DNA of 64,000 bases from the IMG/VR virus record IMGVR_UViG_3300044953_000426, positions 2,458-66,457 of that record. One strand, given 5' to 3'. Origin of the DNA: a virus. The notes under the pieces were generated by a model that was not told where the DNA came from, did no database searches, and saw only the letters and a list, made by a program, of their open reading frames with translations. Positions 58,557 through 64,000 of the stretch are shown here, piece by piece; within the stretch, counting starts at the first letter, position 1; each line of letters starts with the position of its first letter. The position numbers and the translations under genes were made by a program.

Positions 58557-59750
58557 TTATTTGGTAATATATTTAACTAATTCTTTATTTAACATCATTA
58601 ATTTAAATTTACCTGGATTGCTGTTATAAATAGACTTAATCATATTATAACAAACGTCAGTAGCAAATATTTTTTCAGTAATAATTTTACCAATACGTTC
58701 AATTAATGGTTTCTCAACACTATTATCTTTAGCATAAAACTCTAAATAGTTAGCAACTCTTGTACCTAATGTTGAGGCAATATCTGCACGGTATGCTTTA
58801 TCTTTACCTACTAGATTCTTAAGTGTATTCATCACATACTGTTCATCTTGAGTCATGATATTTTCTGGTGAAATCATCTTATCTAACTTATTATTAATGA
58901 ACATTGTAAACAAAGTACTAAACTCACTACCAACTGAACCTTCTCCAATCATTTGAATTAATGGCAATTGGTCTTCAAATGATTTAATAGAACTAATACT
59001 GTTAAAGAACATACTAACACTTCTACTATTAATTTCCTTAGTAACTAGTTCTGGATGCATTAATAAAAAATTAATACAACGACCATCTAACTTATTCTCT
59101 TCAGCCCACTTACCCCAACATTTAAGATCAAATTTTAAATTAACACTAATAAATCTTGTTTTTTGAGCATTGTCAATACTATTAACTAAATAATCTCCAT
59201 TATCAGGATTACTTGTTAATACAATATGCCAATCCTTAGGTAACTTCCAACTAATATATTGTTGACGATCAATTAGCTCCATTACAGCTTGAATGAACCT
59301 CATATCAGCACGATTCCAGTCATCCAATAATAGAATACCACCATTTTCTTTACCACTAATCCATTCTGGTGGACAGTAACTCATACGGTTCAAACCTGTA
59401 GTTGCATAACCTTCTTTACGATAGTCCTCAACTGCGTTTTCATCTATCCATACTCTTTCTTTAGTATCTGTCATTTCAAATTGACGAATTGGAAAACCAA
59501 CCAAGTCACCTATTTCTTCAATCTGTGCTAGATTCAATTTAATAAAATTCAATCCCAACTCATTAGCAAGTTGAATAATAGAAGATGTTTTACCAATACC
59601 TGAATCACCTACTACTTCAATACTCACCATTGGTTTATTGTTTTCTTGTAGATAACGGTTGTTATCAATAATGTGTTTCAAAAAGTCCTTCAATTCATGG
59701 ACATTTAATGAAACAGTTGCATTTGTTTTTGATGTTGATTTCTTAGCCAT
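58557..59750 (-). CDS. AAA+ ATPase (MoxR/AAA_5-like)
   Basis: GDSGIGKT, DLVGFP, LLLDDWNRA, TSNP, DNAQKTRF, NSRS. Confidence 0.85.
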   Translation of the reverse strand: MAKKSTSKTNATVSLNVHELKDFLKHIIDNNRYLQENNKPMVSIEVVGDSGIGKTSSIIQLANELGLNFIKLNLAQIEEIGDLVGFPIRQFEMTDTKERVWIDENAVEDYRKEGYATTGLNRMSYCPPEWISGKENGGILLLDDWNRADMRFIQAVMELIDRQQYISWKLPKDWHIVLTSNPDNGDYLVNSIDNAQKTRFISVNLKFDLKCWGKWAEENKLDGRCINFLLMHPELVTKEINSRSVSMFFNSISSIKSFEDQLPLIQMIGEGSVGSEFSTLFTMFINNKLDKMISPENIMTQDEQYVMNTLKNLVGKDKAYRADIASTLGTRVANYLEFYAKDNSVEKPLIERIGKIITEKIFATDVCYNMIKSIYNSNPGKFKLMMLNKELVKYITK

Positions 59751-59764
59751 TGTTATTTATTTTT

Positions 59765-61006
59765 TCATGAATTAATTTGTACTTTAGCACCTGGTAATTC
59801 ATCATTAATTCTTCTTCCTGAACAATGAACCCATAATGTTGGTTTGCAAGGTGTCATTCTAGTTGAACATTCACCATCAGTTAGATAAATTAAGTTCTGG
59901 TATTTGTCTTTATGATCCCACAAATATTCTAATACTGGTTCATAACTTGTACCTCCACGACCAGTTACTTCTTTGGCTTCTTCAGCTTTACCTTTATATT
60001 CATAAACACGACCAATTGAAGCATCACATTCAATAACAGTTACTTCAGTACCTGTTTTCCATATATGATGAATCTCGCTTAAAAACTCCTTTAAATCATC
60101 TTTAGAAACTGATCCTGATGTGTCAACAGCTACAAGTGTATTTTTTCTTTGTTTAATTTTAAGGGCTGGATTACCATAGAAACGTTTATTTGGTTTACGT
60201 CTTGTTTTTTTAGTAAATACCTTACTAGCCATACCATTAAAACGTCTTAAATATGTTCTCCAATCAATAACTGGTTCTTCAGAAACATAAAGTGAATCAA
60301 TCAATTCTTTCAACTCACCAGGTACAGTACCTCTTTGTTTCATAACCTGTTCAGCAGTGTCTTTAAGTTGATGTTCAATTTGTTTTTCCATCAATTTCTT
60401 TTCTGCCTCATCCATCCCCTCATATTGCTTCCAAAACTCATGAGATGCTTTAACAGTGACTTTAGTACCATCACCTAATGTTATTTCTCTTACTTCACCA
60501 TCACCATTAGCATCTTTCATTGCTTGAACAAACTTAGCTACATCACCATCAGGATTATTTTGTATTTCTTGTTGTAACAACTCATAATACTTTCTAGTAC
60601 CTGCTTTAACAGGTAAATTCATAGCAGCCCAAGGTGCGTTAGTAATTTCTAAACCATCCCAAGTTTTGTCTTTATAAGAGTCTTCAATGTATTGATTAAT
60701 TTCTAAATCAGCAGCTATATTCAATAACTCCTTTTCTGAATATGAATCATACATTTGTAAATGTTTAAAAGCAATATGTAATAATTCATGTTTCAATACT
60801 GCTATTTTAACATTGCTGCTTATTGTCTCCCAAAATTTAGGACTAATAACTAATTTAGTATTGATATCATCTTTAGCAACACAAGCAGTTGAAACAACAT
60901 CATTTAATTCTTTATTTAGACTAATCAAGAATAATCCATAAAATGGTTCCTTAAACATTAATATCTTTGAATGTTTAGCAATATCTGAATGTATATTATC
61001 TATCAT
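59765..61006 (-). CDS. DUF2201-type metallopeptidase plus vWA domain protein
   Basis: KHELLH, NIAADLEIN, VDTSGS, GRGGT and YLTDG motifs. Confidence 0.85.
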   Translation of the reverse strand: MIDNIHSDIAKHSKILMFKEPFYGLFLISLNKELNDVVSTACVAKDDINTKLVISPKFWETISSNVKIAVLKHELLHIAFKHLQMYDSYSEKELLNIAADLEINQYIEDSYKDKTWDGLEITNAPWAAMNLPVKAGTRKYYELLQQEIQNNPDGDVAKFVQAMKDANGDGEVREITLGDGTKVTVKASHEFWKQYEGMDEAEKKLMEKQIEHQLKDTAEQVMKQRGTVPGELKELIDSLYVSEEPVIDWRTYLRRFNGMASKVFTKKTRRKPNKRFYGNPALKIKQRKNTLVAVDTSGSVSKDDLKEFLSEIHHIWKTGTEVTVIECDASIGRVYEYKGKAEEAKEVTGRGGTSYEPVLEYLWDHKDKYQNLIYLTDGECSTRMTPCKPTLWVHCSGRRINDELPGAKVQINS

Positions 61007-61033
61007 AGTTTTTATTTTATATTAATCTATTAT

Positions 61034-62212
61034 TTAACTTTCGGTCATAAAAACAATATCAGCTAATACTTCTGTTGTTTCGTGTTCTGCTAATCTTGTG
61101 TTACTTATTTTAAATTCACGGTTAATATTATCTAATAAGAACTTTTTAACAATATCACCTTCTTTACCTGTTTTAAAATTATTTCTCAACCCAATACCAA
61201 ATGTTTTCCAATTACTTTCCCAATATATTTCTTTTGTTTTAAGTAATTTAAAAAGACTTTTAAGATTGGTATTATATGGTATATACCAACTAGGTTTAAA
61301 ATTCCTTATACGTTTTAATTTATGTAATAGAAGCGATATTAATAATATTGTTGGTTGGCTCATAACTAAATTAGACATCATTTCAAATCCTAATTTAACA
61401 TTGGCTTGATCTTTACTAAATAACATATCATGAAGTGTTTGTAAATATTCCTCATCTAATTCAATTCCTTCTTTATTCAACTCAATAAACATATCTTCAT
61501 CAAATATAATTTTTAATTTACCTGATTTAATATCATTTCTTAATTCGTAAAGCATATTTAATAAAGTTTTTAATTTTTCATTACGATATAAATCAAGAAA
61601 TATACCTTCCGTTTGGTAAGTACTATTTTCATATTTTTCCAACTCAGCTGGGTATTTGGCTAATGATGTAGAAATATTTGTATAATTAGTCAATATCATA
61701 GCAACTAAATTCATATCTTTAGTTTCATTTAATATTTCTTTCACCTTTCTCTCCTGTTTTAATTTTTTAGAATTAATTTTTATAAAATCTTCTTTAACAA
61801 AAGTATAATTTTTAAACTTATCTTTAGCTAATGTTGAAGTAAATAAGTCCATTATATATCCCTTATTAATAATCATAATATTAGCATAATTATAACGAGA
61901 TGTTTTTTTCAATCCTTTATTCTTAATAAATTCCTTAAGTTTAAAACGCGGTAATTCACTTGCTTTAGAAACATAAATTATATCTCCTTTATTAATTGTA
62001 TTTTGAGATTGAAGAATCAATTTAATTATATCTTGAAATTCTTTACTATCATTTTGATTAATAAAATAACACTTACCCCATCCATCTCCCTTGAACTGAT
62101 TAATAATCTCCCATTCAATATCGGGAATATTGGGTTTAATTGCGGCTGTATTATTATTTATGGGTAAGGACCATCTAAAACTTAGAGGTATTTGAAAAAT
62201 TTTATTTAACAT
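61034..62212 (-). CDS. Hypothetical protein in the AAA/vWA operon (possible BRCT-like N-terminal part)
   Basis: GDIIYVSKASELPRFKLKEF..ANIMII; operon context. Confidence 0.6.
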   Translation of the reverse strand: MLNKIFQIPLSFRWSLPINNNTAAIKPNIPDIEWEIINQFKGDGWGKCYFINQNDSKEFQDIIKLILQSQNTINKGDIIYVSKASELPRFKLKEFIKNKGLKKTSRYNYANIMIINKGYIMDLFTSTLAKDKFKNYTFVKEDFIKINSKKLKQERKVKEILNETKDMNLVAMILTNYTNISTSLAKYPAELEKYENSTYQTEGIFLDLYRNEKLKTLLNMLYELRNDIKSGKLKIIFDEDMFIELNKEGIELDEEYLQTLHDMLFSKDQANVKLGFEMMSNLVMSQPTILLISLLLHKLKRIRNFKPSWYIPYNTNLKSLFKLLKTKEIYWESNWKTFGIGLRNNFKTGKEGDIVKKFLLDNINREFKISNTRLAEHETTEVLADIVFMTES

Positions 62213-62235
62213 ATATTTTTATTTTTAATAAAAAA

Positions 62236-62742
62236 TCAAAGATTAAGATTAGGAATAGAATATTTTTCTCCTAATTGTTCTATTATTTTAATAGCATCAG
62301 TTGTTTTTATATAAAACATTTCACGATTATCTGCAACACGAATTGTATTTAAATATGTATGTAGTTCTTGTTCTAATTTATAAGCATTAAAACATTTAAA
62401 TGAATAAATTGGAACCCACGGAGTAGGAACACCCGTTACTCCTGAAATTTCTTTTGCCCTGGTTTCTACATCACGTACAGTCATTCCTATTTTAACCATA
62501 CCAGGGCATGAAATATTTACCAAAATATATATAAATTCGGTTGGTATTAATTTTCCATCTTGAGAAAATGGAGATTCTTCATAATATGTTACTATTTCCC
62601 ATTTTGAATCTTCAGGATCAGGAGTTACAGTAAAAGCAACAGCTTTATCACATAATTGTTCCGGAGCATGATAATTACTTATTAAGGGCTTATAATAATG
62701 AGCTTCTTCTTCAGTTATACGTTTTATATCTCGAACTCTCAT
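62236..62742 (-). CDS. T5orf172 (GIY-YIG-like) domain protein
   Basis: FIYIL..MVKIGMT..RAKEI..TGVPTP..LE..H..REMF. Confidence 0.85.
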   Translation of the reverse strand: MRVRDIKRITEEEAHYYKPLISNYHAPEQLCDKAVAFTVTPDPEDSKWEIVTYYEESPFSQDGKLIPTEFIYILVNISCPGMVKIGMTVRDVETRAKEISGVTGVPTPWVPIYSFKCFNAYKLEQELHTYLNTIRVADNREMFYIKTTDAIKIIEQLGEKYSIPNLNL

Positions 62743-62885
62743 AACTAATTTATTTTTACATATTTTAAATAAATTTTAAAAAATCCATTAACCAATATGT
62801 AACGCAAAATGAATAAAATATTATTATTACTTTAGAATAAATTAATCTTTCTAAGTCTTTTCTGTTATTATTTTCATTATACATC

Positions 62886-63209
62886 ATAATTTCTTATTTA
62901 TATATGAATATATTAAGGTTAATATCATTTAATTAACCAAATATTTTAAGAGTAATAAGTAAAACAATTATTCCAATTATAGACCAAAATAATATTTTCT
63001 CACTGCTTTTTATTTGATCTGGTCTTTTTCCTTGATATGACATTTTATTTAAAGTTTTGTTGGATAGGCGGATTATTTTTTTTATTTGTTATTTTAAATT
63101 CAGTGTTTTTATGTTCCATATTTTCGTTATATTTTCCATCTCCATAGATTGCTATATGTTATTTATTTAATTGGTTAATAATTTCTTATTTATATATGAA
63201 TATATTAAG
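62886..63209. repeat. Perfect 32-bp direct repeat (62886-62917 and 63178-63209)
   Basis: ATAATTTCTTATTTATATATGAATATATTAAG present twice. Confidence 0.85.
62933..63043 (-). CDS. Small membrane peptide (36 aa)
   Basis: Manual translation MSYQGKRPDQIKSSEKILFWSIIGIIVLLITLKIFG. Confidence 0.5.
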   Translation of the reverse strand: MSYQGKRPDQIKSSEKILFWSIIGIIVLLITLKIFG

Positions 63210-63541
63210 TTAATTAAGGTCATTTTTTATTTTGGGTAACCTGATTTATAGAGAATAATAATAAATAACATTATTAAAGATATATAACCAATATTTTTTA
63301 AAAAATTTCATGTATAAATCAAATATATATAAATAAATACGGTTATTATATCTATATATATTTTCCCGTCGATAAAAAAATTATAAAAAAAAGGATTTAC
63401 ATTCTTTATATTAAATTATAAAAAAGATAAATCCAAAATTATAAGACATTTATGGTGAGTATAAATAAGGATATATATGTATATATGCATCGATGTAAAA
63501 AATTATATTAGATCTAAAAACACATATCCTTCTTTTTTTTG

Positions 63542-63582
63542 GGACCCCCTCCCTACCGATGGACCTCAATTATCGGGGGTCC
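63542..63582. repeat. GC-rich inverted repeat
   Basis: GGACCCCC ... GGGGGTCC, with nested CCGAT/ATCGG, in otherwise very AT-rich DNA. Confidence 0.7.
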
Positions 63583-63609
63583 TTTGACCCCACATCTCCT
63601 CTAACAAAA

Positions 63610-63788
63610 ACTACAGAGGAACATTACCGGAATTACAGAGGAACATTACCGGAACTACAGAGGAACATTACCGGAACTACAGAGGAACATTACCGGAACT
63701 ACAGAGGAACATATTACCATAATTACAGAGAAACATATTACCGGACCTGCAGAGGATATTATTTACCGAAACTATAGAGGATATTATT
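63610..63788. repeat. Tandem 22-bp repeat array (iteron-like)
   Basis: ACTACAGAGGAACATTACCGGA four times (one mismatch), then four progressively degenerate copies of 24-25 bp, the last partial. Confidence 0.92.
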
Positions 63789-64000
63789 CATCATCAAGCA
63801 TATACATATCATTATTATCATATATGCCATTATTAATATCTGTGATTAATATTTCTATTTCGACTAATGCAGTTTCTAATTTGGATGTTATGTTATTATA
63901 ACTATCATCTATCAGAGCCTGGTTTTCTGTTTGCTGCAGTTCATTATTTAGATCTTCGTATAATTCCTGCAGTTCAGATTTTATTTCGGCTAGATATAGA

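Noticed and set aside
620-61409. Plus-strand ORFs in the track (e.g. 976, 4289, 9017, 39856) and nested minus-strand ORFs (30228, 30788, 34478)
   Set aside because: They are antisense or off-frame shadows of well-supported genes, often caused by low-complexity codons.
63559-63777. Plus-strand 72-aa ORF
   Set aside because: It arises from the 22-bp repeat, which is not a multiple of 3, and shows no protein-like features.
63610-63788. CRISPR array
   Set aside because: The repeats are directly adjacent with no unique spacers, and no cas operon is present.
1-64000. tRNA genes, introns/inteins, reverse transcriptase or diversity-generating retroelement
   Set aside because: I saw no cloverleaf, RT motif or intein signature by eye, and terminase, portal and primase are uninterrupted. 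tRNAscan-SE and Infernal would be needed to exclude them formally.

Overview
AT-rich 64-kb segment of a large T4-like tailed phage (myovirus), with essentially all real genes on the minus strand. It holds tail-fibre-like and neck genes, phoH, the head module (major capsid gp23, scaffold gp22, prohead protease gp21, portal gp20, terminase gp17), primase, exonuclease, baseplate genes (gp6, gp25, a possibly split gp5), a GH19 endolysin, a gp55-like late sigma factor, an AAA/vWA operon and an AT-rich origin-like region with 22-bp repeats. A Bacteroidota host is inferred from scarce Shine-Dalgarno sites and the promoter motif, but is not proven. The main unusual signal is a ~24-kb array of about 18 otherwise unrelated proteins (nuclease-like, ParB-like, kinase, nucleotidyltransferase/peptidase/HAD fusion, small basic proteins). 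They share four short N-terminal leader types ending in gp21-type (L/I/V)-x-E sites, which suggests a modular capsid-loading and injection system. Other signals are a sense-strand ATATTTAT promoter, often exactly 4 nt before the start codon (leaderless mRNA), three structured RNA candidates, a pseudogene and an in-frame split gene. All calls were made by reading the sequence; no database search was run.
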